64,000 nt of DNA from an uncultured Planctomycetota bacterium (GCA_963823665.1 CAWGMQ010000010.1:1856001-1920000); one strand, 5' to 3'; shown: positions 28,730-38,798, counted from the stretch's first letter. Numbers and translations: made by a program. The notes: generated by a model not told the origin, from the sequence alone.

Positions 28730-29010
28730 CGGACCAGCGGCCGGTCCTTGGCATCCGCCCCGATGCCCATAGCCTCGAAGCAGGCCAGTATATCCCGCTG
28801 CAGTTCCACTCGCACAGGTATTCCCCGGCTCTTGCGGCCCTTTTTTGTGGAACGGCAGGGTGTATTGCTCGCTGTCATGCTGAAAATCCTGGAGCCGCAG
28901 CTTGGCGACGGCACCGGCCCGGCAGGCGGCGCAGGCCAGCGTCGAGAGGATCGCCCGGTCCCACAGCCCCACTACATGTTGATCGACCTGATGCACGCCA
29001 AGGCCCGCTA
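28730..29010 (-). pseudogene. Tyrosine recombinase (integrase) internal fragment
   Basis: HVVGLWDRAILSTLACAACRAGAVAKLRLQDFQHDSEQYTLPFHKKG, frameshift, then KSRGIPVRVELQRDILACFEA...KDRPLVR. Covers the box I Arg and KG-K region. Confidence 0.75.
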
Positions 29011-29074
29011 TTCCCTCAAGAAACACGCTCAGGATCCAAGGAGGGCATTGACGCCGCGTTGCAGCACAGTGTAT

Positions 29075-29170
29075 TCCGACCCAGTTCGAGCCGCACAGGT
29101 ATCTCGCGGCTGTTGCCGCCCATTTCGTGAAACCGCAGCGCGAACTGCTCGCCGTCATATTGATGATTTT
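29075..29170 (-). pseudogene. Second tyrosine recombinase fragment
   Basis: QYDGEQFALRFHEMGGNSREIPVRLEL, homologous to the adjacent fragment. Confidence 0.65.
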
Positions 29171-29351
29171 ACACAGCAGCAAACTCAGTGCTTGGCGACA
29201 AACACGGATCCTCCGCTCCGAACTTTCTCTCGCAAGTCCGCAAGCCCATTGGCGTCCCAGGAAGGGGCAATAAAACCGCATCCCAAGCAGGCGACGTCGT
29301 GCACCGGGATCGACTTCAACAGCGCCAGAGTGCGTGTCAACAATGACAGTC

Positions 29352-30047
29352 TCACGTCGTCGGCAACGGCAGCGGTGTAATCGTCGTGGTCGACCGCAGG
29401 TGATTGGTAACCGCGCCGCTGGGCCCGGTGGTCTTGGTGCTGACGGTCGATTCGAGCGGACTGATCTGGGTCACGACTCGATGGTAGTGATAGACCTTAC
29501 CGGCGGCCGTGTGGATCACCTCGGTGGTGACCGCCTTCGGTGCGGTCTGAACCGTGGTGCCCACGGTGGTCTGGATGCCCAAGCCAGGTAAATCGAGCCA
29601 TGCGTCGATGGTGGTCTTGCGGCCGTAGGAGTTCAGGATCCTGGTCTCGGTCGTGGTCGAATCGTCGGGCAGCGTAGTCGTGATGTTCTCGGTCGTCGTG
29701 TTGCCCTGGGTGGTTGCAACGTTCACGACCGTTTCGTGACCGGCGGTGCCGGGGAGATCGACCGAGGCTGTGCTCGTGGTCGTGTTGCTACCGGTCGGCA
29801 CCGTCAGGCGATATGCGGTCTCGGTCGTGCCGTGGATCTCGCCGATTCCTGCGATGTTGCCGGCATCCCCGTTGGCATAGGTCGTCGTCAGCTCCTCGTA
29901 TGATGGCGAGGTCGTTGCGGTGATCGCGGCTTGGGTTTCCGCCGCGACGACGGAGGACTGGTGGCGTACGGCTGCTGCGCTGCTCAAGGCGATTCGGCCT
30001 TCCAGAACATTCGAGAGCGCGGGACGAAACGCTCGCCGTCGTGGCAT
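29352..30047 (-). CDS. Thr-rich secreted protein with planctomycete LEGR-xxL motif
   Basis: MPRRRAFRPALSNVLEGRIALS followed by a Thr-rich beta-like sequence. Confidence 0.8.
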   Translation of the reverse strand: MPRRRAFRPALSNVLEGRIALSSAAAVRHQSSVVAAETQAAITATTSPSYEELTTTYANGDAGNIAGIGEIHGTTETAYRLTVPTGSNTTTSTASVDLPGTAGHETVVNVATTQGNTTTENITTTLPDDSTTTETRILNSYGRKTTIDAWLDLPGLGIQTTVGTTVQTAPKAVTTEVIHTAAGKVYHYHRVVTQISPLESTVSTKTTGPSGAVTNHLRSTTTITPLPLPTT

Positions 30048-30260
30048 GGATTTTTCGCTCCAGTTCGGTCTTCGCTGGGTAACCGGGTCGAAAGCCCCGC
30101 AGCGATTCGGCTTCTCCGTGCCGCGTCGCATTCTGTTGTGGTGCCGGACGAGTTGTTGCCCTATTATCTAGTCGTCGGTTGGCGCTGCCGCAATAGACTT
30201 TTTTTCAAAGATCGACGCCCAGAGTAGGGAAAGCGTACGGTGTTGCAGACACGATTTCCC

Positions 30261-30865
30261 GCCGTTGACTCAGGTGCTCGGCGATAGGTGGTGACACGAT
30301 GAAGCGAAGGCTTTGGTACCTCGTGGCGTTCGCGGCGGTGTTCGGGATTTTCGTGTCGATCGCAACGTCATCGCTTCAGTCGCGCGGGAACGATGCGAAG
30401 TTGGCGATCAACGTCGACGACATCGGAACGAAGGTGACTCTTGTTGGTCGCCTGGGCCAGCCGCTTGGCAAGATGATGAAGCTTCGCGGCTCGTGGAAGT
30501 ATCCGAACGGCCTCGCGAAGGACTACTCGCTGAGATTCACGGTAACCGAGGTGAACGGCCACAAACTCGCAACACCGGTCGAGTTTAACATCGAGCAGAT
30601 CAGCGCCCGCACACAAGATGATAAGGGTGCAATCCCAGAGTACGAGCGCCGGAAAGACCTCGATGGTGTCGCTTGGACTCTCAATGCCTATGAAACCGGT
30701 CGCTTTTCGGCCTACCCGTCCGACGTCGTTGTGCAACATCCCTACTGGTGGCGCACGTTCACCTCGGAGGTGGTCGGCACGGTGGTGCCATGATATGAAG
30801 CGTTCGGGCCAGCACAGGACAGCCGATGCTCAGAGCTTACCAGCGACAGTTGACCCTGCTCGATG
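30261..30865 (+). repeat. Dispersed direct duplication of 16729-17336, including the first 13 codons of the downstream gene (30826-30865)
   Basis: Alignable from gccgttgactc to accctgctcgatg. Confidence 0.9.
30299..30793 (+). CDS. Secreted/membrane-anchored hypothetical protein, copy B
   Basis: Paralogue of 16767-17264. Confidence 0.85.
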   Translation: MKRRLWYLVAFAAVFGIFVSIATSSLQSRGNDAKLAINVDDIGTKVTLVGRLGQPLGKMMKLRGSWKYPNGLAKDYSLRFTVTEVNGHKLATPVEFNIEQISARTQDDKGAIPEYERRKDLDGVAWTLNAYETGRFSAYPSDVVVQHPYWWRTFTSEVVGTVVP

Positions 30866-31189
30866 GATCAAGCACTGCGCCAGCGCGCATACAGAATGAA
30901 TTTTCTTCGCTAATTGATCTGATCGCTGGAACCCGGACACTCTCTGGAAATATCCCGGTCGCTGGCGCCAACAGTCTGGAAAGTCCTCGCATATTGTAGA
31001 TGAGGGAGTGCGCTGCGCGGTGGCGTTTTTGCAGCCGGCGGGGAGCTGGGTTGCGCCCGGGGTTTTTGGCGGAGTGCGATGGATGATTACGGCCGTTGCG
31101 TTCTCGGAGTCGGAGCGAGACATGTCATCAAGATCGGGACGAAAGTGTGGCCGGTTTACACTAGTGTACGGTTGCTCGAAGGGGCTCGT

Positions 31190-32105
31190 AATATTGCCAC
31201 TTATTGCCATTTTTCGAGCGGGCACGGCGATTGCTTCGAGCGGAGTGGCCGCTCTGTAAGTTAAATGAATATAATTAGATAGGGATAGAGCGAGGTGCTC
31301 TTCCACGATGACAAGAATCCCTTGGCACGAGCCACACGAAATTGCCATTTTCGATTGCGGGTATTGTTCACTATGTTTTTGGGCGGTTTTTTCATGGCAC
31401 TCGAACGGGGATCCACGGTGCCAACGCAGCCTCGGGTACGCGGTCTTTCCGGCGCACAAGCCCGCCGCCGCCGCCTTCGGCGGCACCTCTCACGCATGGC
31501 CGGATGACGGAGCGAAGGGCGACAATGCGTGTGCGGACCGTCCGGGTTTGATGAAACGCCTGCGGGCGGGGGGAAATGGGGGGCGCCGGCAGAAACGCCG
31601 TCAGGCGTAAGTTGTATGAGCGACAAGAGATGCGTCAGATTGGCGTTCGGGGCGAAACGGTGCCGTCAGACGTAAGTCCAATCCCAGTAAGGCGCTGACG
31701 GCATGACGGCACTTTCCTGGGGTGCGCATTCGTGTTGTGGGGGGTACTCGGCGGGCGCGTGTTGGGTGAGACGGAGACTGATCGCGGCCGGAAGCTGGGC
31801 TGCGCGGTCTGCGCTCGCGCGAGCCCCCACCGGGGTGGAATGCGATTGCGTGGCTGGTCGGGTTCGTTCCCTTAACCCTTGTGGGCAAAGGACGCGCGTC
31901 GAATATACAAAACGAACGGTCATGCCAGGAGGCAGGGGCATCCAGCCCCGTGAAAGTGCGTGAATGCACGGTCCAGCCGTGGGAGCTCAATTCTCAGAGT
32001 AACACATTACGCGGACATCGTTTGCGTTTGAAAAAATCGTTCCGATTATTCAGCCGTCACTATCAAGTACAAGGCATAGAAGGAGATGACAGCGGTGACA
32101 GCGAT
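31190..32105. repeat. Non-coding cluster of palindromic sites with short iterated motifs
   Basis: tgccgtcag 31661-69 with ctgacggca 31695-703; gttcgtt 31862-68 with aacgaac 31911-17; gccgtcac 32053-60 with gtgacagc 32095-102; attgcca three times. Confidence 0.55.
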
Positions 32106-32174
32106 TTGGGGGTCCAAGGGTCGGCGCATCTCCCACTGCGAGTCAACAGCCGATGCACTCGCTATAATCTGTGC

Positions 32175-32285
32175 GATGGGACGGCGTCGGGGGTTGATGC
32201 GGCAATCGATCGACGCACATGCGAAACAAATGGATCAACTGACGACGATCATTCGCGAGCTGTGGGATCGGCTCGAGCGACAGCA
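32175..32285 (+). pseudogene. 3' remnant of a paralogue of the 33941 gene
   Basis: MRQSIDAHAKQMDQLTTIIRELWDRLERQ versus MRQSIDARAKQAAELTTILREMRDRLERQ. Confidence 0.8.
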
Positions 32286-33865
32286 TGGCGCTCTCGATCA
32301 TGAACTGGCTAGAGTCGAACGAATGTCGACCGGTGGTGCCTGAAGCGCTGGCCGAGGGCACTGCGAGAATTGTTGCGGAGAGTGCGGCCGGGATGGTCCC
32401 GGCGGCCGTCGCCGCATTGGCGTCATTTGGAATGAGGAGCAGCTTGATGTCGAAAGCACTCGTGACCGCGGCCGTTCTGGTTGGCCTTGGATGCCTGGGG
32501 ACCGGCGCGGCGGAATTCGGTCGCGGAGAAGTGCAGACGCCGGCGACCGCGAAGGACGAATTGAAACCCAAGGCCGAGAAGGTGTCGATTGCCGATCAAT
32601 ACAAGCAGATCGTCGCCGAGTTCGAGGGCGAGCAGAAGAAGCTCTCCGAAGCGGTCGAGAAGGTGAAGACCCAGGCCGAGATAGTGAGCATCTATAACAA
32701 GATGACGCCCGATGACAGTACCTATTCACGTAGAATGGTAGATCTGGCGGAAACCAATCCCAAAGATCCGGCCGCGCGCGATGCCCTGGTCTGGGTTTTG
32801 AACAAGTTGTATCGATCCGACGCAGGCACTTACGGCGACCAGGTCGCCCGCGCTGTGAGACTCTTGGTGGAGCACCACGCGAACGACCCGGAGGCCGTCC
32901 GGGTGGGGCTGATGCTCAACAACGTGTTTTCCCGAAATCGCGACGCCTTGATGGAGGGGATGTACGCGAGCTCCGAAGGCCGCGAAGCAAAAGGGCTGGC
33001 GCGGATCGCGCTCGCTCAGTACCTCGAACGGAAGATGCTGATTGTGAAGTCAGCGCACAGGCTGAAGACGCGCAAGACCTACACCTATGATACCTATGAG
33101 GACGGAAAGCCGATCAAGAAGACGGTGCCGGCGTCGAACGAGGAGGAAGGCTATCGCGCGGGTCTGCGCCTGATCGATCCCGAAGCGCTCGAGCGTGAGG
33201 TCGCGAGACTCTACGACGAGGTGATTTCCGATTACGGCGACATACCTTACATCACCACTCATCAACGCAAACTGGAAGAACTGCTGAAAGAGCCGGTTCC
33301 GAAGTGGAACAACAAGCCGCTGACCGACGACGAACTAAAGCAGCTCAAGAGCCGCGTGAACAAGAAGCAGACGCTGGCCCAGGTCGCCGAGGGACACCTC
33401 GACGAGATGCACAACCTGATCGAAGGCAAGCCCGCGCCCGAGATCGACGGCAAAGACATCGACGGCAGGTCGATGAGGCTTTCCGATTTTCGCGGCAAGG
33501 TGGTCGTACTGGTCTTCTGGGGCTCGTGGTGCGGCCCGTGCATGAGGGAAGTACCCCACGAGCGGGACCTCGCTGAGAAATACAAGGGCAGGCCGTTCAC
33601 CCTGCTGGGAGTGGATTGCAATGAGAAAGCGGACGTCGCCAAGAAGACGATGGAATCCGAGAAAATGAACTGGCCCCAGTGGCACGACGGCGAGGAAACC
33701 GGCGGGCCGATCGTCCAGAAGTTCCACGTTCGAGCCTATCCGACGATTTTTGTGATCGACGCGAACGGGATCATTCGCAGCAAGAATGCCCGCGACGAAG
33801 TAATCGACAAGACAGTCGAGACGCTGGTGAAAGACGTGGAATCCAAATTGCCAGGCAAGAAGTAA
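32285..33865 (+). CDS. TlpA/ResA-like thiol-disulfide oxidoreductase with helical N-domain; probably the 3' part of an ECF sigma fusion
   Basis: GKPAPEIDG.D.DG..MRLSDFRGKVVVLVFWGSWCGPC. The N-terminal VPEALAEGTAR...VPAAVAALA...TM resembles an ECF linker. Start uncertain. Confidence 0.85.
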   Translation: MALSIMNWLESNECRPVVPEALAEGTARIVAESAAGMVPAAVAALASFGMRSSLMSKALVTAAVLVGLGCLGTGAAEFGRGEVQTPATAKDELKPKAEKVSIADQYKQIVAEFEGEQKKLSEAVEKVKTQAEIVSIYNKMTPDDSTYSRRMVDLAETNPKDPAARDALVWVLNKLYRSDAGTYGDQVARAVRLLVEHHANDPEAVRVGLMLNNVFSRNRDALMEGMYASSEGREAKGLARIALAQYLERKMLIVKSAHRLKTRKTYTYDTYEDGKPIKKTVPASNEEEGYRAGLRLIDPEALEREVARLYDEVISDYGDIPYITTHQRKLEELLKEPVPKWNNKPLTDDELKQLKSRVNKKQTLAQVAEGHLDEMHNLIEGKPAPEIDGKDIDGRSMRLSDFRGKVVVLVFWGSWCGPCMREVPHERDLAEKYKGRPFTLLGVDCNEKADVAKKTMESEKMNWPQWHDGEETGGPIVQKFHVRAYPTIFVIDANGIIRSKNARDEVIDKTVETLVKDVESKLPGKK

Positions 33866-33940
33866 CGAGTATTTCCATGCAGCGGTCGGTTTTGTGGCAG
33901 TCTACTCACGGCTCAACCCACTCTTCGAGCGGCAACGGTA

Positions 33941-34147
33941 ATGGAAGGTAATCGACGGTCAAGGATTCGCTTTCGGCTCAGGACAATTCTCGTCGTCGTT
34001 GCTTTCGTTGCATTACTGACCGTGGTGGTGATCCAGCAGGTGCAGATGGGACGGATGAGGCAATCGATCGATGCACGTGCGAAACAAGCAGCCGAACTGA
34101 CCACGATCCTTCGCGAGATGCGAGATCGCCTCGAGCGGCAGAGGTAG
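33941..34147 (+). CDS. Small membrane-anchored protein, RFRLRTIL N-terminus + coiled coil
   Basis: RIRFRLRTILVVVAFVALLTVVVIQQ. Confidence 0.75.
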   Translation: MEGNRRSRIRFRLRTILVVVAFVALLTVVVIQQVQMGRMRQSIDARAKQAAELTTILREMRDRLERQR

Positions 34148-34165
34148 GAGTGGGAGGCAGGGCTG

Positions 34166-37100
34166 ATGAGGATCGGGCCGCATTACTTCACCATGGAGCT
34201 GCTCGAAGGGGGCAGCCTGTCCCAGGCCCTGGCCGGCACGCCGCAGCCGGCCCGTGAGGCGGCCGCGATCGTGGCCACGCTGGTCGAGGCTGTGCGGATG
34301 GCGCACAAGGGTGGGATCGTGCACCGCGATCTGAAGCCGGCCAACATCCTGCTCACCGCCGACGGCACGCCCAAGGTCGCTGATTTCGGGCTGGCGCGGC
34401 GCTTTGACGAAGGGTCGGCCCTGACCCTGAGCGGTACTCGGATCGGGACTCCCAGCTACATGGCCCCGGAGCAGGTGATCGGGAAGGCGGGTACGATCGG
34501 GCCGGCCGCGGACATCTACGCGCTCGGCGCCCTCCTTTAAGAACTGCTCACCGGAAGGCCGCCGTTCCGAGGCGAGACGGCGTCCGAAACGGAGCGGCAG
34601 ATCCTCAATCACGAGCCGGTAGCGCCCCGCGCGATTGAACCCGAAAGTGCCGCGCGACCTCGAGACGATTTGTTTGAAGTGCCTGTCCAAGGAGCCGCAG
34701 CGTCGCTACGCCAGCGCCCTATCGCTGGCCGACGACCTGACTCGCTTCAGGGAGGGGCGGCCGATCCAGGCCCGGCCTCCAGGTTGGGGAGGGCGGTTGT
34801 GGCGCTGGGGCCGGCGCAAGCCGACGACGGCGGGGTTGCTGGCGGCGCTTCTGGCCCTTTTCATCCTCACTGTTGGCGGCGGGCTGTGGTTGGAGCGAGA
34901 GCGGGCCGCGCGGCAGGGGCGGGCGCGGGCGGCGGTCGACACGGCATTGGCCGAGGTCCCGGACCTGCGGCAGCAGGGCCTGGCCGGAGGCGCAGGCCGT
35001 TCTCACGCAGGCCCGGAGCCGCCTGGACGAGGCCGGCTCGGACGACCTGCGGCGGCGGCTGGTCCAGGCGGACGAGGACCTGCGGCTGGCGGCCGCGCTG
35101 GAGCGGATCCGGCTGACTCCGGCGATCGAGGGCAACCGCCTTGATTTCCGAGGCATGGCTGACGCCTACGCACGGGCCTTCGAGAACGCGGGGCTGGACG
35201 TTCGGGGGGAAGAGGAGGCCGTGGCGGCCCGGATCGGCGCCTCCGACCTGCGTCCGCAACTCGTGATGGCCCTGGACCACTGGGCTTATCTCGCCGACGA
35301 GCTCGGCGATACACGGTCGAGGGCACGGCTGCTTGGCCTGGCCGGGCGGGTCGATCCGGATCCGCGGTGGGGCGACCGCTTCCGCGCGCCGGCGCTGTGG
35401 GGAAACCGCGATCGCCAGAGGCGCCTGGCCGCGGAGGCGCAGCAGCGGCTAGACGAGGGGGCACCCGAGAGCGGACCGCCGACCCCGCTGATAGCGCTCT
35501 TGGCGAAGAAGCTGGGACAGAAGGACGAGCAGGCCGAGCCGCTGCTGCGGGCGGCGCAGGGGAGGCACCCGGAGGACTTCTGGCTCAACTACGCGCTGGG
35601 CGAGGCGCTGCGGGACCGGAAGCCCGCGGAGGCGGTGGGCTTCTACCGGGCCGCCCTGGCGTTGCGGCCGACGGCGGCCGAGGTTCACTTCGGCGTCAGC
35701 ATGGCCTTGGAGCACCACGGCCAGGTGGACGAGGCGACCCGGGCCGCCCGCAAGGCTATCGAACTCGCCCCGAAGGTGGGTGCGCACCACCACCGGCTGG
35801 GCTTCTGCTTGCAGGTCAGGCGCCAGCTCGACGAGGCGATGGCCGAGTTCCGCCGCGCCATCGAGCTCGACCCCAAGGGGGGCGCGGCCCACCACCTCCT
35901 CGGGATGTGCTGGCAGGACAAGGGCCAGCTCGACGAGGCGATGGCCGAGTACCGCCGCGCCATCGAACTCGACCCCAAGGCGGCATTGGCCCACTTCCGG
36001 CTCGGCATGTGCTGGCAGGCCAGGGGCCGGCTCGACGAGGCGATGGCCGAGTTTCGCCGCGCCACCGATCTCGATCCTGGAGGTGGCACGGCGCACGAGT
36101 GCCTGGCTGAGGCGCTGCTCCGGAGCGGCCGCTTCACCGAGGTCCGCACGGCCGTCCGCCGCGCCTTCGACTTGCTCTCGGCCAAGGATCCCCACCGCCC
36201 GGCCTTGCAGGAGAAGCTAAATGTTTGCGAACGCATGCTCGCCCTCGACCCGCGGTTGTCGGCGCTCCTCCAGGGCAAGGAGCGGCCCACCCTGGAAGAA
36301 CTGCTGGGGCTGGCCCACTCTTGCCGGGAATACGGACGGCCGCATGCCGCCGCCGGCCTGTACGCCGCGGTCTTCGCTGCGCGACCCTCGCTGGCCGATG
36401 ACCTGGGCAGCGGCAACCGCTACAGAGCCGCCTGTGCCTCCGTGCGAGCCGCCGACGACCCGGGCGCCGACGAGGCGAGGCCCGGCGAGACGGAGCGAGC
36501 CGGCCTGCGCCGGCAGGCGCTGGATTGGCTGCGGGCCGACGTGGCCCAGGGGGCCAGGTTGCGGCGAGACGGCAAGTCGGGGGGGCCCCGTTCACCTCCT
36601 GGCGGACCGACACCGACCTGGCGGCCGTACGGGACTTGGTGCCATTGGCGAAATTGCCCGCCACCGAGCGCGAGGAGTGGCGGCGCCTTTGGGCGGACGT
36701 GGATGCGTCGCTCGCCGCAGACCCGCTGGAGCAGGGCCGGGCGTTCGCTGCACGCCGGGACTGGGCCCGGGCCGCCGACTGCTATACAAAGGCCATCAAG
36801 GGCGGCGCGACAAACGACGGCCACTTCTGGTTCGAGTACGCCGCCCTGTTGTTGCTGTCGGGCGATCGCCCGGGCTACGTCAGGGCCTGCGCCTCCATGA
36901 TTGAGCGGTGTGGCAAGGCGGGCGGCCCGCGGTCCTACCATGTGGCCCGCGCCTGCACCCTGGCTCCCGACACCGTCGCCGAGGCGTCGCTGGCCGGCCG
37001 GCTGGCCGAGAAGGAGCTCCAGGCCTCCACCCGAGCGTTCTGGTCGCTGACCGAACAAGGGGCCCTGGCGTACCGGGCCGGCCGGTTCCAGCAGGTGGTG

Positions 37101-37409
37101 CCCTTGTTCGAGCAGAGCCTGGAGGCCGAGCACAAGTCGGGCCGTGCGGTGCTCAACTGGCTGTGGCTGGCCCTGACCAGTCAGCGCCTCGGGAAGGCCG
37201 AGGCGGCGCGTCGCTGGCTGGAGAAAGCCCAGGCGTGGCTCGACCAGTACCCTGACGGGATGCCAGCCCGGGCCGAACAGGAGTCAGGGTTGCACTACCA
37301 CGACTGGCTGGAAGCGCACGTCCTGCGGCGCGAGGCGGAAACACTGATTCCGTTCACAGGTCCCCGAAGCGGTCCGGAAAACCGGGAACGCGCGGCGGCA
37401 CATAAATGA
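34166..37409 (+). pseudogene. 5'-truncated Ser/Thr protein kinase with TM and TPR repeats
   Basis: HRDLKPANILL, DFGLA, GTPSYMAPEQ; the N-lobe is missing. TAA at 34538-40; frameshifts near 34630, 34980 and 36585. TPRs LDEAMAE(F/Y)RRA. Confidence 0.85.
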
Positions 37410-37419
37410 ACGCCTTCTG

Positions 37420-37512
37420 AGGCAAGCCGATGTCTTCGACACGCGAGGCACTGACCGCCGCCGCCGTCTGATGACCGCTCTGGACGCGATCAACCGCCGC
37501 GTGGGCCGCGAT
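37420..37512 (+). pseudogene. Fragment of a UmuC/Pol V-type Y-family polymerase C-terminus
   Basis: RQADVFD...RRLMTALDAINRRVGRD: a clamp-binding-like QxxxF motif followed by a DUF4113-like motif. Confidence 0.6.
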
Positions 37513-37532
37513 TTTCGCCGCGGCCGTGCTCG

Positions 37533-38289
37533 GTGGTGATGCTCGTGGTAGGTCAGGAATCGCGTGAGGTTTCCCAGCTCGGCCTGCGTGCCGGCGGCGC
37601 GCGAGCAGCGGCCGTCGCAATCGGCGCAGAGGGTTGAGCCGTGTGCGAGGGTTGCGTCGCGAAGCTGGTGAATGTCGGCTTCCTTGAGGGGCTCGTAGCG
37701 AGTGGCCGCCTCGGAGTTTTCGCGAACGTGGTCCATATTCCGCATCGTGGTGCAAACGGCGGCCAGGCGCTCGTCGCTCCAGATTGCGTGGAGCAGACCC
37801 TGATACGGCGTGAGCTTCCGCTCGGCGAGCACGGGCACGCGGCGGGTGACTTCCTGCAGGATATTTCCCTGCGGCTTGTCGCCCAGGTAATTGCCTGCGA
37901 TCTGTTTCATCGAGATCAGGCCGATGCCGCGCTTGTGGGCCGCGTCGATCGCCTTGTTGAGCGGGGAATCCTTATCGAGCCAGGGGCGATACTGGAGCAT
38001 GATCACGTCCACGAAACCTCCCTCGGCGGCCGCTTCGATCAAGGCGGCGCGGTCTTTGTGATGCGTGGAGATGCCGACGAGTCTCGCCTTGCCGGACTTT
38101 TTCGCCGCTTCGGTTGCTTCCTTCAGCTCTTTGCTCTTGAGCATTGCGATGGCGTCGTCCAGTTTGTGGTTGTCGCCGAAGCTGTGAATGAAGAAGAGGT
38201 CGACGTAGTCGGTGCCCAGCGCGGCGCAGCGCTTGTCGAGCATGCCCATGAGCTGAGCGGGGGTTTTGGGTGCGTCCTTGGTGACGATG
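37533..38289 (-). pseudogene. Aldo/keto reductase, truncated at both ends
   Basis: IVTKD...LGTDYVDLFFIH...GKARLVGISTH...GIGLISMK...CADCDGRC. Confidence 0.8.
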
Positions 38290-38622
38290 GCCCGAGCTCG
38301 CGGGCGCGGCGCACTCACGTCGCCTGTTCCTCCTCTGGCTCGAACGAGTTGTCATCTTCGTCGTCGAACCACTCTACCAGAAATGGATCTGGCACGGTGC
38401 ATGCGTTTGCCGCATCAGGGCCGCTAGACAAGATGCGGGTATCACAAGGCCGCACACCGCGAGACCGTTGGATTGTGCGCACGCGCACCGTTACAATGCA
38501 CGATCGTTGCCGGCTGGAGACAGTTCGATCGCACCTTGCGGCATGAACCAGCGGACAGACGGCGACCAAGCGCACTGAATGGCTTTTTGCGACTCGGGGA
38601 CGGCGAGGCAACCGGGCATACC

Positions 38623-38720
38623 ACACTGGCGAAGCCAGTGTCACCCAACCGGCAAACTCGGCGGACGGCACACGGAGTGTGCCTGCTAGGGCGGAGCACT
38701 GGCGAAGCCAGTGCCACCCA
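38623..38720. repeat. REP-like hairpin cluster
   Basis: cactggc-gaa-gccagtg at 38624-40 and 38697-713, each followed by (t/c)caccca; ggcacac-gga-gtgtgcc at 38667-83. Confidence 0.75.
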
Positions 38721-38798
38721 CCTCAGTCTCCTGATCGTGCAAAGCTATTTGGTTCGATTTCGATCAACGCGCAAGCGCACGACTCAGGAAAACAGAAC

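Noticed and set aside
28712..29380. Plus-strand ORF as an IS transposase remnant
   Set aside because: No DDE motif or terminal repeats; the minus strand reads as tyrosine recombinase fragments instead.
16767..30793. Paralogues 16767/30299 as a DGR template/variable repeat pair
   Set aside because: The mismatches are not adenine-specific, both copies are full genes, and no reverse transcriptase is in the window.
30870..32175. CRISPR array, tRNA or rRNA in the long non-coding tract
   Set aside because: No regularly spaced identical repeats, cloverleaf or rRNA signature, and no cas genes.
34538..34540. In-frame TAA as recoding/readthrough
   Set aside because: It replaces the conserved Tyr of LLYELL in an already 5'-truncated gene; a mutation or error is simpler.
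35820..36075. ~102-bp tandem DNA repeats
   Set aside because: They encode ordinary 34-aa TPR units of the kinase.
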